A DNA stretch of 64,000 nt. It comes from Lytechinus pictus. Its lineage: Eukaryota. The notes beneath the pieces are model-generated. The model was not told where the DNA came from, did no database searches, and saw nothing but the letters and a program-made list of their open reading frames with translations. How positions within the stretch are numbered: position 1 is the first letter of the stretch; each line of letters starts with the position of its first letter. The translations under genes and the position numbers were made by a program. This document shows positions 1 through 14,429 of this stretch, piece after piece. The stretch lies in assembly GCF_037042905.1 (NCBI RefSeq), contig NC_087250.1, positions 6,388,001-6,452,000 on the forward strand, written 5' to 3'.

Positions 1-429
1 CAGTCCGACGAGACCACTTCCACTCAAATTGAATTTTATCACAAATTAGCACAAGAACATTCGGCGGGTAAATTCATCGCTAGTGCAACACGGCGCTTAC
101 TATTACGGTTAAGAGTATCTAAGTTGGACCGAATCTTGTGGAAGATTAATTCAAACATCGGAGACTATGAGGAACTCATCCGATTTGCTGCTGGCACAAA
201 CAGGCATCTAGGAATACGAATAATGGAAGCACTCCTTGCAAACGAGCATTTGGAAGGGAAGGAACGGTACCGCATTCTACTTGACTGTTCATCAGAGTCC
301 AAGGATAGTGGAGGAAACATGTCTTCGTTGGTTCAAAGATGCGTCACTGCACAGAGTATCATTCTGAAGTCACCAACTATGTATACTGTCGTTGGGCTTA
401 AAAACCTTCCGAAGCAACTGCAACATGAG
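1..429 (+). CDS. NLR-like (NACHT-LRR) gene: 3' part of the NACHT/winged-helix exon (starts upstream of window)
   Basis: Frame 1 is open from base 1: QSDETTSTQIEFYHKLAQEHSAGKF..., containing the FxHxxxQE winged-helix motif of NACHT proteins. Ends at a phase-0 donor, GAG|GTATCT (429/430). Confidence 0.75.
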
Positions 430-768
430 GTATCTAAAGCCAAAATGTACATTCCTCTTTTCAACAAAGAAAAACAAACCTGAATGTCATTTAATTTCAC
501 ATTTTCTTTTCCCTTAACTCTTTGCACGTTGAATATGATTTTGGGGGAATTATAATGAAATTGTTTCCATGTTATTTTCTTTAATTTAAAATTTTCATAT
601 TGCACCATTGATAGTTATTATTATCATATAGATATTATGAAAGAAGTATTGCCTTTTATTAACTCATCTAATTTGAAAGTAGGGGAGAAAACTAATCATT
701 GCGATTGTTGGAATTTAATTATACGAATGTGCAAGATTGCAGCATCAGGGCACAAAGGGTTAATACTA

Positions 769-970
769 CACTCTAAAAAAGGTTTACCCAATACTGAGTA
801 AAATGGGAACATGCATGTTGGTTGAGTAAAAAGATACCAAATATTTTGTAAATTTTACGCAATTTTGCGTTGAAATAGCCCAATGTGGGGTAAAAAAAAA
901 TACTCAGCAAACATGCATGTTCCCTTAATACCCAATATTGGGTAAAATTCTACTCAGTGTTTTTAGAGTG
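769..970. mobile_element. MITE in NLR intron
   Basis: TIRs CACTCTAAAAA / TTTTTAGAGTG with TA on both sides; internal inverted motif GGGAACATGCATGTT / AACATGCATGTTCCC. Confidence 0.75.
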
Positions 971-1020
971 TACCATGTTCATAATGTATGTTTTTCTCAC
1001 TCACCCCCATCTCATACTAG

Positions 1021-1556
1021 GTGAGGACAATGAGGTTCGTGGAGTCTGTGCTTACGGCTGACGTGACCAGACGAATGTGGTCCTGTCTCAAAACATTTCC
1101 TAACTTACATACCATCAGCATCAGAGACACTTCTTTAAGTGTTCCATCACCTCTTCCTAAGCTCTCGTCATTTACTAAGCTGTCAGCCGACAAAATGACG
1201 CCTAGCTGTTACCAAAACGTACTCGCGTCTCTACCTAATGCAAGGGGCCTTAATGTATCAATCGCGATCGAAGATACGAGCAACACTTTCGAGATAACAA
1301 CCGATACCAAGCGTATGCAACAAATTGTATATCGTCAACACGATATCAACACGATCAATGTGACACTTCAACAATGCGTGTCACAGTCATTGGGTGAAGT
1401 CAATTTGGGATTGAAATCTAGAGGGCTCGCCCTTCTATTTGGGGGACAATCTCGGAATCAGCACCTACTATCTGTTTCTGGTGATATGGGCAGATACGGA
1501 GAAACCCTGGTTGACCTGTTGGCCAAGACGACACAACTTACCAACTTGAATTCTCC
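1021..1556 (+). CDS. NLR-like gene: LRR-like exon
   Basis: Pyrimidine tract and TAG acceptor at 1018-1020, in phase 0 with exon 1-429. Leucine-periodic translation (WSCLKTFPNLHTISIRDTSLS...). GTAAGT donor at 1557 (phase 2). Confidence 0.75.
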
Positions 1557-2399
1557 GTAAGTATTTTTTCTCTTATTAAAAAAACCAGATCACTTTTCTA
1601 TTCTCGCCTACCCCTTTCCTCATCTACATTAATTTTCCAATTCAGATCTTAGTTTACTCCATGCGTGAAATGTAGCCAAACAGACTAAGAGAAAGCTTCT
1701 GTGGGTGTCGTGGACTCTCTTTATGTATTTCTATTAATTTGCTTTGTTCAGTATTCGTTTTCGTTTGTTTTTTAACAGATATAGATATTGTCTTTGATAA
1801 AGTCGTTGTTTCATCTTTCAGATATAATTATGAAGGGCTAACATGCAAAAGGGACTAAATCCATTTTTATCATTTGGCATTTTATTGCATGTTTTAATGG
1901 ACATTCACCATGTTCATCATACTGATTATAATCCAACTCCCAAATTTTTCAAGAATTTTATTAAAAATGGACGTGAAATATACGTTTTCATGCAAAAGTA
2001 AAACAATCTCCCTTTGCCCAATCTTCATAAAACGCTGCCTTTTATTATTTCACCTAAATCAATGTTTCCTTTCAGAAAGCATTTCCTTTGCTTAAAATCA
2101 TGATTATACGTTTCAAAAATGCCAGTTAAAAAGGTCCTTCAGACTGTTTTTATTTTATATGAATTTTATATACTTTTGGATTAAGTTCCTTTGCATTAAA
2201 AGTCCAGAGTGGTAATGGATCTCTAAAACATGTAAAAGGTTTGATATTAATATGATAGTCCCTTTCGTTTCCCCTACCCTTCATATTGCCAGTTAAGATA
2301 TTGAAAAAGGTTTACTGGTTTGTTATTAGCTACATGTATAGGTTTTGCCTGACATAACAACTTGAAATCAGTTTTTATGCAAAATGGACTAAATCCATA

Positions 2400-3272
2400 A
2401 ACAAGTGGAACGCCTCTGGCAGTCTCGCCTGCATTACGCAATTCGATATAGCAGCAGTGCCGCCTTTGAAAACAGTTAATGAATAATTATTTACCGAGGA
2501 AAAAACTAATATGATAATAAATTATTATTTCCATTGACCCAAAATGACCTTTGACCCATGATCATGTGACCTAAAACATGTGCAAAAATCATTCATACTT
2601 GATTACCCTTATGTTTTTAATGAGCAAGATCAATTAACTTTTTACGTTATGATGCAAATTCAACACATATTCCAAACACGACCAGAGTTCATTAACCTTT
2701 AAATGACCTTTGATCTACAACAAATTCCTGAAACGCACACAGGGTATTCAGGAATACATTGCTGCTCTTTTGTCCAAGTTTTATGAACTAGATCCATAAA
2801 CTTTTAAAGTTATGATGACATTACCTAAAAATAAAATAAAAACATGACCGAAGTTCGTTGACCCAAATTGACCTTTTACCTAAAGTATGTAACCTGAATC
2901 TCGCACGGGATCTTTCGTGATACAGCTTTACCCTTATGTCCAAGTTTTATGAACTAGGTCTATATACTTTTGTAGTTATGACAACATTTCAAAAACTTAA
3001 CCTTGGTTAAAATTTCAATATTGATTCCCCCAACAAGGTCTAAGTTCATAGACACTAAATGACCTTTGACCTTAGTCATGTGCCCTATAACTCAGGCAGG
3101 ATGTTTAATAATACTTGGTTAACCTTATGTCCAAGTTTCATGAACTAGGTCCATATATTTGTTAAGTTATGATGACATTTAAAAACTTAACCTTGGTTAA
3201 GATTTCAATGTTGACGACGCCGTAGGAAAAGCGGCGCCTATAGTTTCGCTCTGCTATGCAGGCGAGACAAAA
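2400..3272 (-). mobile_element. Helentron-associated (HINE/DINE-1-like) non-autonomous element, family A, copy 1
   Basis: Subterminal inverted repeats GTCTCGCCTGCAT / ATGCAGGCGAGAC; small GCCTCTGGC hairpin near one end; A-run flanks; internal tandem units with TGACCTTTGACC. Confidence 0.65.
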
Positions 3273-3914
3273 TGATAAATATAAAGGAGTCATCTGAAAT
3301 AAGCTACATTTTTGTTACGTATTTTAATGATTCTTGAACATAGTATAATAACTTCCTGAAAGGAAACATAGATTTGGGTGAACTCAAAAGTAAATTCCCT
3401 GCAAACTCGTCCACTCACCACATTAGTCTGGTCTGCTAGTGAAATTATTTGGACACGGTGGAAAAAAGCAAGATTTTTTTCTCCAGACCTTTGAAAACAG
3501 AGGATGTAAAACAAAAAATCTGACAGCAGGAACAGTGAAAAAATAGGTGAAAATGAAAAAAAAATTAAAGTGGTCTGATAGAATAGTGCAATACAAAACT
3601 TAATACCAGTGCATTATTTTGTATTCGCTTAGTTCTTAAATTAAAACAAATCTTGAGGTTTAAACTATTTCCTCTTTTTTGACGGGGATTCAGTTCCTAA
3701 CTTTTATTCTTTTGTGGTCATTTTATAAAAGAGCCCCCCCCCCCTCAAAAAAAAAAAGTGGCAGGGTGTTTATTGTAAGAGTGTTCACATGTAAGTTCCT
3801 AATGGTCATGGGCTTTAGCCTTCTATATGTTGTCAGTTTTAAGGACCTCCTCCTCCCTCAAAAGAATTTAGAAATATCACTGAAGAGAATTAATACACTG
3901 CCTAAAGACGTTAA

Positions 3915-4654
3915 AGGGGAATTCAACCAAAATAAAAACTTGTTTTTAGAGGAAAAAGAAAAATCAGACAAGTTTGTAGGTTAAAGTTCAACACAATATT
4001 GGACAAAAAGAAGAAAGTTGTGAATATTTAAAAGTTGTAAATGATAGTCATCGCTATTCCCATGGAGACTTCAAATTGGCTGCATATGTGATATCATAGT
4101 CATGTAAGGCAAGAACTACATAAGCAAGATTTTTTTTTTTCCAGAATCTACCAGGAGGAACAGTGAAAAATGGTTTAAAATGTAAGAATTTATAAGTTTA
4201 AAGTTGTCTCATAGACTAGTGCAATACAAAACTTAATAGCAGTGCACTATTTTGTGTATGTTATATCGTAGTGATGTAAGGCAAAGACTACTCTACTAAA
4301 TACTTGAATGCATAAAAAAATGCAAAATGTCCTGTTTCAGTAGTTTTACTTCAAATTGTATTTTTTTCGTGAGGATATACAACAATATGCTACTTGGTTT
4401 TTATTAAGGCCTGAATGGAATGGGTACTTAGGAGAATACCTCAAATTTTGATATGGTAAAGTTGTTCTTGCCCCCTTGTCATAATTTACTTACTCAGTTG
4501 CCAATTTGAAATGTACATAGCATTTATGATCTTAATTTTAAAGCAGCCATAACTTTAGTTTGCTTCTCTGATTTCTTCTAAATTTCCATTATTCTGTTTT
4601 ACTTATTTTTCCCCTTTCCAACACAACATTTTATGACAAAGGCTGATTTCCCCT
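3915..4654. mobile_element. Kolobok-like MITE
   Basis: TTAA|AGGGGAATTCAACC ... GGCTGATTTCCCCT|TTAA: RR..YY termini with TTAA TSD. Confidence 0.7.
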
Positions 4655-5274
4655 TTAACATTGAATATGAATCTTTACCCAAAATGAATATTTGTGCCAT
4701 ATTTGAACTTTTAAGAGCACTTGCTAAAACTGAGAAATGGTTCTTGCATATCTTTACCTCAAGGCCAATGTGTGAGCCACAATTCATGAGTTCAAATCGC
4801 AAGGTTTTAACCTAAATTTTGCCATGTAATATGAGGTTACCATGGCAACACAATTTCTGAAACACGCACAAAAACTGTGTCGTGCACATCGTCACCTGAA
4901 GCCCAATGTGTGTGCACAATTTCAAGGAAATAGTTAAAAACAGAGGAAGGAGTTCTAACTGCACGATTTTTACCGATTTTGTGTCATAATTTACTGTTAC
5001 CATGGCAACATAATGTCCAACACATGCAAAAAAAATGTGTCTTGCACATCTTTACCCAAATAACAATACACACACACACACACACACACACCAACATCCA
5101 CCCCCTCCACCACCCCTTCAGCTTGTTTATGAATCTGCATTCAGATTTTTGGTGCATTGAGATTATAGGACATAGAGAACATCTGTTCAAAAAACGTCTG
5201 AATTCAAGAATTAACCCTTTGCGTGCGGACCCGCGAAACCGGATACCTCTCTCTGCCCTTATAAAAAAAATTGA

Positions 5275-6310
5275 ATGGTATACCATTGAAATACCATACA
5301 CCATACACCATTGATATACCATTGGAATACCATTCGCACAGCACCCATCATACACCAATGGTATACCATTCAAGCCCCAATGGTATACCATTCAAACTAA
5401 TTTAAATAATTGGGACGTTACTATTACCATATTCATGAGCACCATTTACCATTCATATACCATTGATCAAACACCATTCACCATTGATCTATTATGGCCA
5501 CTATAGACAGGTTTACCATTGACCACCATTCAGCCACCATTCACTGGCCTACCATTTACCATTCAGCCACCGTTCACTGGACACCATTGGTCTACCATTC
5601 ACCTTACACCATTCACCATACACCATTCGCCTACCATTCACCATACACCGTTGACCTACCATTCACCGTACACCATTCGCGTACCATTCACCGTACACCA
5701 TTCACGTACCATTCACCATACACCATTCGCCTACCATTCACCATACACCGTACACCTACAATTCACCGTTCACCATTCGCGTACCATTCACCGTACACCA
5801 TTCGCGTACCATTCACCATAAACCATTCGCCTACCATTCACCATACACCGTACACCTACCATTCACCGTACACCATTCGCGTACCATTCACCATACACCG
5901 TTCACCATTGCCCTACCATTCACCATACACCATTGACCTACCATACATTGTACACCATTGGCCTACCATTTACAGTTCACCATTGGCCTACCATACACCA
6001 TTGACCTACCAATCACCGTACACCATTGGCTTACCATACACCGTTGACCTACCATTTACCGTACACCATTGGCCTACCGTTCACTGTACACCATTGTCAT
6101 AACATACACTCTTTACCATTGGTCAACCATTCAATTTACACCATTGGCCATACATTATAGACCACAAGTGTACTGTGAATGGTAGACCAATGGTTTACAC
6201 TGAATGATAGACAGTAGACCAAAGGTGTACAATGTATAGTAGGCCAATAAAGTACAGTGAATGGTAGACCAATGGTGAACAGCATATATAGCTCGGGTTA
6301 ATGGTAGGTT
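5275..6310. repeat. ACCATT/CACCATAC degenerate satellite (left arm of the CMC-like element)
   Basis: Dense ACCATTCACCATACACCATTCGC-type repeats, switching to the AATGGT orientation after ~6175. Confidence 0.9.
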
Positions 6311-8261
6311 TGATAATGGATTAAGTATGCACAAGAAAAAAATGATGAAAACAAGTTATTTCAAGAACGTCAAATGTTTTTACTATAAGAAGTTTAAGTA
6401 CAGCATAAATGGAACACAGTATTCACAAGTATAGACTTTATAATTAAAGCACATAAGTTATGAATATATATGACTTTGCTCCTCGTTGACATCTATACTC
6501 TGTCAATCTTGGTATCTAAAATAAACATGTATCAAGACAGAGTTTAATTGAAAAACACAACAAATTAATAACATTTCCAAGAATAAACATGTTCTCTCTG
6601 ATGGCTTTTTACGTGGATTGAGTACTTGGCAAAACCACTGTTCTGCAAACAAACCTGATACTTGTAATACAATAACCTTGATTTTAAATCTGTTGTGTGT
6701 AATTGCTTTCACACAGCTACTTCAATGACATTAATAAAATATTTTTTTTACTAATAAGTTCAAGTACAAAAGAGTGGAACCCAGTATTGACAAGTACATG
6801 TATGGCATAAAAGCACCAGCATTATGAATACATGTGACTGCACGACTCTGCAAGAGGTCAATGATTGCACTCCACATAGATATTATGTTAATCTTCCTAT
6901 AAACAAATCTACATGTAAGACAGAGTTTGGACAACAAACTGATGAACACCAAATTTCGAAGATTAAACTCAAAATGTGTGATAGCCTTCACATGGCCAAA
7001 TGATTCATTAAAGGTAAAGAGTACCAAACTTAGAGGAAATAAATATCCCCAAAAGGGGGGAAAATAGTACCCCCATAAAAATAGAACCTCCTAATATTTC
7101 TCTATTTTCTTTTCACCTAAAAGATATATCAAACGGCTTGTTTCTACATAGAATCGTTAAAAGGTATTACCCGCGTAAGTATCCAGAATCCTGGAAAACT
7201 TTCCTGTAGAATTTTGTAGAAACAGACGCGATGCGGTTTATTGATAAACTGCTTCAAGCAAAATATGGTTTCTCATAACCATCTCTGAGAGGTGGTTATT
7301 GCCATGTTAATCCGTTTAACTTTTCTGTAAAAACACACGGCAAAATAGCGTATCGTGTCTGGCGGACGTGCTTAATCCCGGAAGTGCAATTTCGCAGTAC
7401 ATATATTTGTACATTCTGGCCTTTTCGATCTCGCCAGCTGATCGTGCAACACGTATACCTGCTACATTGAGTGAGATCTACCACAAATTTTGAAAATTTT
7501 CCTAAGAAGATGCAATTTTGGACATATGTACAATGCAACGTGAGGTTATAGGTTGAATTTTCCTATTTCCGCCGTATTTGCTACGCGAAAAGTGAATTAA
7601 TCAGATTATTCGGTTTGTAGAAGCAGGTTGGTTTAAGGGCGATAAGGTTTTTCGAGTCCGGAAAAGATAAATCGTTTTTATTGATTTTCTGTAGAAACAT
7701 GCCAAAAGTTTATCATAAATACATTAAAGATACATAAAGAAATAAATAATATCATTATCAAAAATAGAATATATAGAATAGAATAATAAAGAATATATCA
7801 TGAAAATAGAAAAAAAAAAAATAGCGACATCTTTTTTTAATATTTTGCAAATCATATAGAAAATAATTCTTAGTAGCACATCTATTTTTTAACTATTTCC
7901 CATAGTTCAAATATACAAGATTCCCACTTTTTTCTTTTTTGTCTATTTTTGTTGTGTTGAATCAGATGAATAACTCAACTATGTGTGAGAAATAATATAA
8001 TTTTTGTCTTACACAGTAAATCAGTAGTCAATCGTAATTTTTTACAACCTAGCTTGGACAAAATTTGAATTCATATAAGTCAAAAAAATATATAAATTGG
8101 GATCTTGTATATTCATGAGGACATTTTACATATAACATATTTACATTAAATAAATCTTCACTCCACTTTTTAGTTCTTGGAGGTCAAAATGTGAATAAAC
8201 ATGACTTCTTGTTATAAAATACAAAAGAACAAGTGGGGGTATGACATCAGCTTGTTAATTG

Positions 8262-8710
8262 TGGGTGCGTCGTGGTCTAGTGGTTCTGACTCTCACCTTT
8301 CAACAGAGTGTCGTGGGTTTGAATCCTAGCAATGGTGTTTTCATTCAGCAACACATTTCAGGGGCGGATCCAGCTTTTTATAAAGGGGGGGGGGTTGGGG
8401 TGGTATGCGAAGGAGCGTAGCGACCGAGTCCAAGCGAGCGGAGCGAGCGAGGGGGGAGGGTGTGGGAGGGGGGTGTCCCCCCTCCCACAGTAGGGAAAAT
8501 TTTTGAAAATCTGTGTGTGAAAATGGCGTTTTCTAAAATTACAAGTTTAAAAAAAAAGATAAGATTTAAAAAAATGGTCCCCGGATTTTTTTTTTTTGGG
8601 GGGGTTGCAACCCCCCCAACCCCCCCTCTAGATCCGCTTCTGCATTTATCCACTGTGCTGCACTCGACCAAGGTGAAGTGAATGCGTACCCGGCAAGATT
8701 AATTTCTTGC
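8262..8710 (+). mobile_element. tRNA-derived SINE, split by MITE 8359-8642
   Basis: A-box-like GTGGTCTAGTGG and B-box-like GGTTTGAATCC; the body resumes after the MITE (CATTTATCCACTGTGCTGCACTCGACC). Homologous to the minus-strand copy at 34353-36285. Confidence 0.7.
8359..8642. mobile_element. MITE (CAGGGGCGGATCC family)
   Basis: CAGGGGCGGATCCAG ... CTAGATCCGCTTCTG, flanked by a CATTT direct duplication (8354-8358, 8643-8647). Confidence 0.75.
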
Positions 8711-9883
8711 AGCTGTAATAAGGAATATGGGATGAAAACAATGCAAAGGACAGTATGTCAGCTACGGGTTCAAAACATCAATGCTTGTCGTGCGTGCAAG
8801 CTTTCTTGAGAAATTGATATACTTTTCTAAAATATCGAGAAATTTGCATAATACACTACCCTTCAATTGAATAGAACCAATTAACAAATATCAACAAAAC
8901 ATTTCGTACAATATGATAAAGAAATTCATGTTTAACCATAGATTAGCAGAAAATAACCCGTTATATTAATGGGAGGTTGCCCAAATGATGACAAATACCA
9001 TACCACATGCATACCTGGGGCCAAAGTGTCCACCCCCCCCCCCCCCCGCCAGCATTTTGATTTTTTTTCCAGGGGGGTGTTAGAAAGGACGTGTAATCCT
9101 ATAAATGGGGATGACATTTGGCCTTTTTCAGTATTTTTACCATTCCTCACAATTTTTTTTTTCAGCTATGCCACTGCAGGAGTACAATCTGTTTTATTTA
9201 TAGGAAGCTTTGCAATTTTTTCCACTGAAGTGAATTCTTACACAATTACCTTTCACAAACTCCAGTTGTTTTCTTGTAAACGGTTTTCTGTGTTCAACAC
9301 CTGTAGTTTCCTTCCCAGATAATCCTGGACCATCTACATTATCATCCAGTGTATCCGTCGTCCAATCTTAAATGAAATAGAATCAATTTGAGTGTTGGAA
9401 AATATGCATGTGCAGATAAAAACAAAAATATAATACTAATATAGTAAAACTTTCTTTAAGCTCCAAAATGCAATGATTCACTCATATACAGCATCATGAT
9501 CATTTTTATTTCAACATATGCAGCAAATTCACTTGAAAATATGTTTGAAATTGATGTCACAGAAATAAAATTCCCCCACCAAAGATTTTCTGTGTGTGCA
9601 TGCTGGAAATATATAGATCAATATAACACAGTTACTCTGCTGCGTAACGTGTTTTGATCAGCAATCATGTAGATATGCAAGAGAAAATTATCTAATAGAA
9701 AAAGAATGATCTGAAGTCATATTTCCAGAGCAGCAGTTTTCAAAAGGTAGGCCTAATCAATTAATTGATAACATTCAATATGATTTTCTTTTCTTGGTAT
9801 TGACAATCTCAGTAGCGGATCCAGATGGGCACAATTGACCTGTGCCCCCCCCCCCCCCCCCCCCCTTGAGAGCAATAGTCAAT

Positions 9884-10307
9884 GGCCCGAATTAAAAAAG
9901 GTGGTTTTGAAAACTCCGGTTGAGTCCATGCTTTATGGAGATTTCCTGTATAAATTACGCTTATTTACAGCGTATATCAAAATATGTCCAATGCTGATGC
10001 GCGCTTTTGTCACAGTGCGCCAAATTGACGCCTGTTACCGTGGTTATCCACGGTATTTTAATCACGAGTCCACTGTTTTGAATTAATGAGTCCACTCTTC
10101 AAACAGTGGACTCATGAATAAAATAGCGTATCTAACCATGGTAACAGGCGTCAATTTGGCGAACTGCGACAAAAGCGCGCATCAGAATTGGAAATTTTTT
10201 ATACACGCGCCAGATACGTGCTAAATTAAGCGTAATTTATACAGGAAATCTGCATACACCATGGACTCAACCGTGGGTTTTCAAAACCACCTTTGTGAAT
10301 TTGGGCC
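9884..10307. mobile_element. Palindromic MITE (possibly PIF/Harbinger type) nested in another GCGGATCC-type MITE (~9810-10908)
   Basis: GGCCCGAATT...AGGTGGTTTTGAAAAC / GTTTTCAAAACCACCT...AATTTGGGCC, a near full-length foldback with a 3-bp AAT duplication. Confidence 0.75.
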
Positions 10308-13300
10308 AATGTGTTTAATGTAAATATGGCGTCTTTACACAAGTGTGTCCCTCCTTTTGAAAGTTACAGCAAATATTTCTAACGGAAATATATACCGTGT
10401 TTACACTTAATCGGCTTTTTCATAGCGTGTAAAACACAATTAATTTGCATCGGCTCGCGGTTCAGAATCAGCAATTTGCACCACCAAAGTAGTAGGTTCA
10501 GAACCGCGAGCCGATGCAGAATCGGCTTTTTTACTACGTGTAAACAGAAAGCCGATTCTGCATCGGCAATTGGTGCGCATTTCATTTACTTTACCATTGT
10601 GGCATAATTGTAAGCGCACGGATCCAGCGTTGTCTTTATTATGACGTATATTGTTGGTGAGCGTATCAATTGAGGTTTTTGACACGCGAGCCGATTCTGC
10701 ACCGCAAGCTGTAACAGCGTGTAAATGCAGTGCAAGGTAAACCAAAAGCCGATTCTGCATCGGCTTTTGGTTCTGAACCAAAAGCTGATCAAGTGTAAAC
10801 ACGGTAATTGTCTCATACACAAGTAAAGATCTCTTTTTTTGTGCTTGTTAAAGTTTCCTGGGAAAATGTGCCCCCCCCCCCCCTTGAGAAATCCAGGATC
10901 CGTTCCTGGACAATCATATGCCAGTGGGTGAATTCTAGACATTATTTTGGGCAAGTTTTTGATCAGTAAATAAATAAACACAGATAAAAAGTGATCACAG
11001 GACAAACTTAATTTAAAAGAATATAATTAACTTTTAAAATAGATATGCCTAGCCCTATGAAAGGATCTCAGATTATTCTCCCGCACTAATGCAGTTTCAC
11101 ACCAGCCAACTTCGAGCAAAATTTTCCACCAGAAATTGTCTACACAAATGTTGAGGTCAATACACAGTATGCCCACCATTTTTCCAAACATCACGATCGG
11201 GAACGGCGGTATTTTGGCTCCATTCCCGATGTTATCGTAATGGTGGGAGCCATGCCGGGGTGGAATTCAGAGACCAGTGAGTTGGGGGGATTTTCCCCAG
11301 GCCAAGCCGGTCCGGGTTGAGAGCCAAAACAGCGAAGATCAGAAGCTATTATGTCTCTGAAAAATACCAAATAAACACCAAGATAATGTGACCATTTACC
11401 ACTATTCATGAACCAAGCTCATCTATTTTCTCGAATAATCTAACTTAATTTATCCTTTACATGAATTTCAGCCACTTTGAGCAGTTGAAACAGCATTATT
11501 TTAGCTTTGATCTTGACGTCTTAGTTAAAATTCTTAGTCAGATTTTGCCAAACGAACGCAGAGGGCAGCAACACTGTTGACTTCGTGTTTGCGCGTTGTA
11601 ATCGCTAACTTCAGCAAATATCCAAATAAATATACGGTGGAGTGAGACCCTAAATCTGATAACTCGAATGATGAAATCATGGTGGAAGCCGGAATAAAGA
11701 TGTTCCTGATGCTCAGTGAATTGATTCGGACAAATATTTAGGTTAAATTAGTTCGCTAACATCGCAGGGTACGAAAGTGCATTCGGGATTAGCGGGGCAA
11801 GGTTTTTCTTAGGGCTGCAGCAGCGGTGTTGAGCGGTGGCTCCGAGTTCCGGGCCGATCCAGGACCCAGAATTTTTTTTGCTAAACCTTCCGGTCCGGGC
11901 TCAAGCCAGGCTATCTTTGCGGGCCCCAACATTAAACATTACGTTATCTTTCAAATTCTCAGTCAGACATCACTTTGCTTGGCTTTGCCATTATTGATAA
12001 GGACTGAAGTTAGCGACCAAAAAATTTGCCTGCGGCAGTTTGCATGATTTGGTTACGAACTTCAGTCCATATCAAACTTACGGCAAAGCAACGCATGAGG
12101 ATTCAAACAATGACGTAGAGATCGAAGCCGATATAGAGCTGTTCCCAATATTCGGAAAAGCGATGGGCATATGGACATTCAAATGCAATTCAGACTTGAT
12201 ATGACATTTGAGAACAACATTTGGTGGTGAATTTTGCTCGAAGTTGGTCGGTGCGAAATTAGCGCCCAATCCCACGGAAAAATCCCAAGGAAAAAATTCA
12301 GAAATTGTGATATTAGTCAGCTGGCATGGCTGAGTTCAGATTAGTATAGGCCCTTTTTGGGGGGATACATTTACATATAATGTAAACTACGAATTTTGTT
12401 TACAAACGTCGAAAACTATGCCAATTTTTATATTTGAACAAATTATATCGTATTCATATGTAATAAATATTCTAAAAAAACCTTAGACCTAACCAAGAAG
12501 AAAATATCACATAACTCACTAATACCAAAATCCCGCCATGTTTTCAGAACACTTCTTGATTTATCATGGAATATTTCTCTGCCTCAATTTCTAAAATATT
12601 TTAATTCCAAACAGTTGTAGGTTTTCTCTGAATAATTATCGCAGTCTCTCTAGAAAAATTGAATAGGAATCGTTTGTCACTCTCTCCAGTCACAGTTCCG
12701 CACACAAAGTGCACATTTTACCATTGAAATTGCATGCACAATAAGTGGTGCGTAGCTTTTTAGGGCCTGCGTAGCCTTTAAGGCTTTACTTTATGTTTTA
12801 AGATTTAGGACACCTTACCATGTTTCACCTGAATACTACCATGTCCATGTCATCTTAATTTACCAACATTATCTACCAACAACAACAAATTATAGGCCTC
12901 ATTCCAGAGCAATATTTTTCGGCAAGGTTTCCATTTCAGTGAAACAATGTCAATGTTGTGCAGTAACCAATGGCCTAATTGACACTTTGACAGTCAATGT
13001 CATGACAGTACTGCACTGTACAGCATTAATTTAAGTTTAACAAGTCATTCATTCATTAATTCATACCGGTATTCAGAGATGGTTTTGTAATTAAAACATT
13101 GACAATAGATATCAGGCCATACGAGCGAATTTCTACTCAATGACAATGCTCGGCTCAGCTCACCTCATCCAATACAAAGCATATTAACGCACCCCATAAT
13201 CCATTTCGCCAGAGACAGGCGCGTCCCGGCCCGCGCCAACGGGGCAGTGGCGGTGGCAGTGAATCCCCGTGGCAGTACAACGACATCTAACAGTTACACT

Positions 13301-14429
13301 AACAGTAACATTCTAGAAGATCAGGCCGAGCCACTAACTACGAAAACAATATCAAAGAAAATTGTTATATAACTTACTGTTTAGCGTATTCTGCGAATGA
13401 ATTTGAAGTCGTTGTCCGAATCTGACCTGTGTTCCTTTAGTTTATGATGAATTATAGACGGACTTCTGAACAGCAAAACAGTGGTTGATCGGGTTCTTTT
13501 TTCAAATATTGCAATTGGCGGTTACATGCGTACGTGCGCGCGCGCGTGCGAGAACAACATGCACTTACATACATAGAGCGAGCTAGCTAGCAGCGCAGCC
13601 AACACATCCCGATATTGGGGGGGGGGGGGTAAATCAAGACCAAATCAGGGGGAGGGGGCTTCTTAGCCAAGATACATCCCGATATGGGGGAGGAGTGAAT
13701 TGCATGTAAGACCAAATCAGGGGTGTCTTTTTCTTGATTGGTTCTGGGTTGGCAATTAACCATGCAGTCAATTTTTGCCACTGCTTATCCTTTGAAAGGA
13801 TCTATGAAAAAAATCATTTAGCTCAATTTTTTTTCTGTTCTATAATTCCATGTCTTTCTTTTTTTTCTTTCCATTGTCTTTTTTTCTTTTTCCTTCTTTT
13901 TTTCTGTTCAGTCTTTCTTCTTTCTTTGTCTTAGTCTTTTTATTTTCTTTTTTAAAATTTATTTTTCTGTTTTTCGATATATATATTTTTTACTTATTTA
14001 TTTTTTCCTTTTCTCTCTTTGTTTAATTTCGCTTTTGTTTTGATTGCATTTGAGAATTTCGTTCATTAGATTTTTTTCTGTTACATATTGTACTAGCCTG
14101 GCGGCAGGGAATTTTGATACGGGGGGGGGGGGGCAATAACAATAACAGACAAATCATTTCAATTAAGCATGTAATGAACGGCCTAGAATAGCTCTCCTCT
14201 TTATAAACACCATCCATGAGTGAGAAAAAATAATTAAAACACAATTTGTAAAGAAAAAAAAAGAGGAACGTTTTATGATCAAAAGCAGTAGTAGCGATAT
14301 ATAAATTGGCCGGGAGGGGGCTTTGGTCGTTGCAGACCAACATCAGGGTTTGCCGATGGGAATTTCAATAGGGGTTGGGGGAGGAAGACAACCAATAGTA
14401 AATTCATTTTAAGCAAAATAATGACCTAT

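Noticed and set aside
5494..6102. 202-aa His/Pro/Thr/Tyr-rich ORF (and similar ORFs at 15473-16560)
   Set aside because: Translation of a stop-poor ACCATT satellite, open in several frames; no coding evidence.
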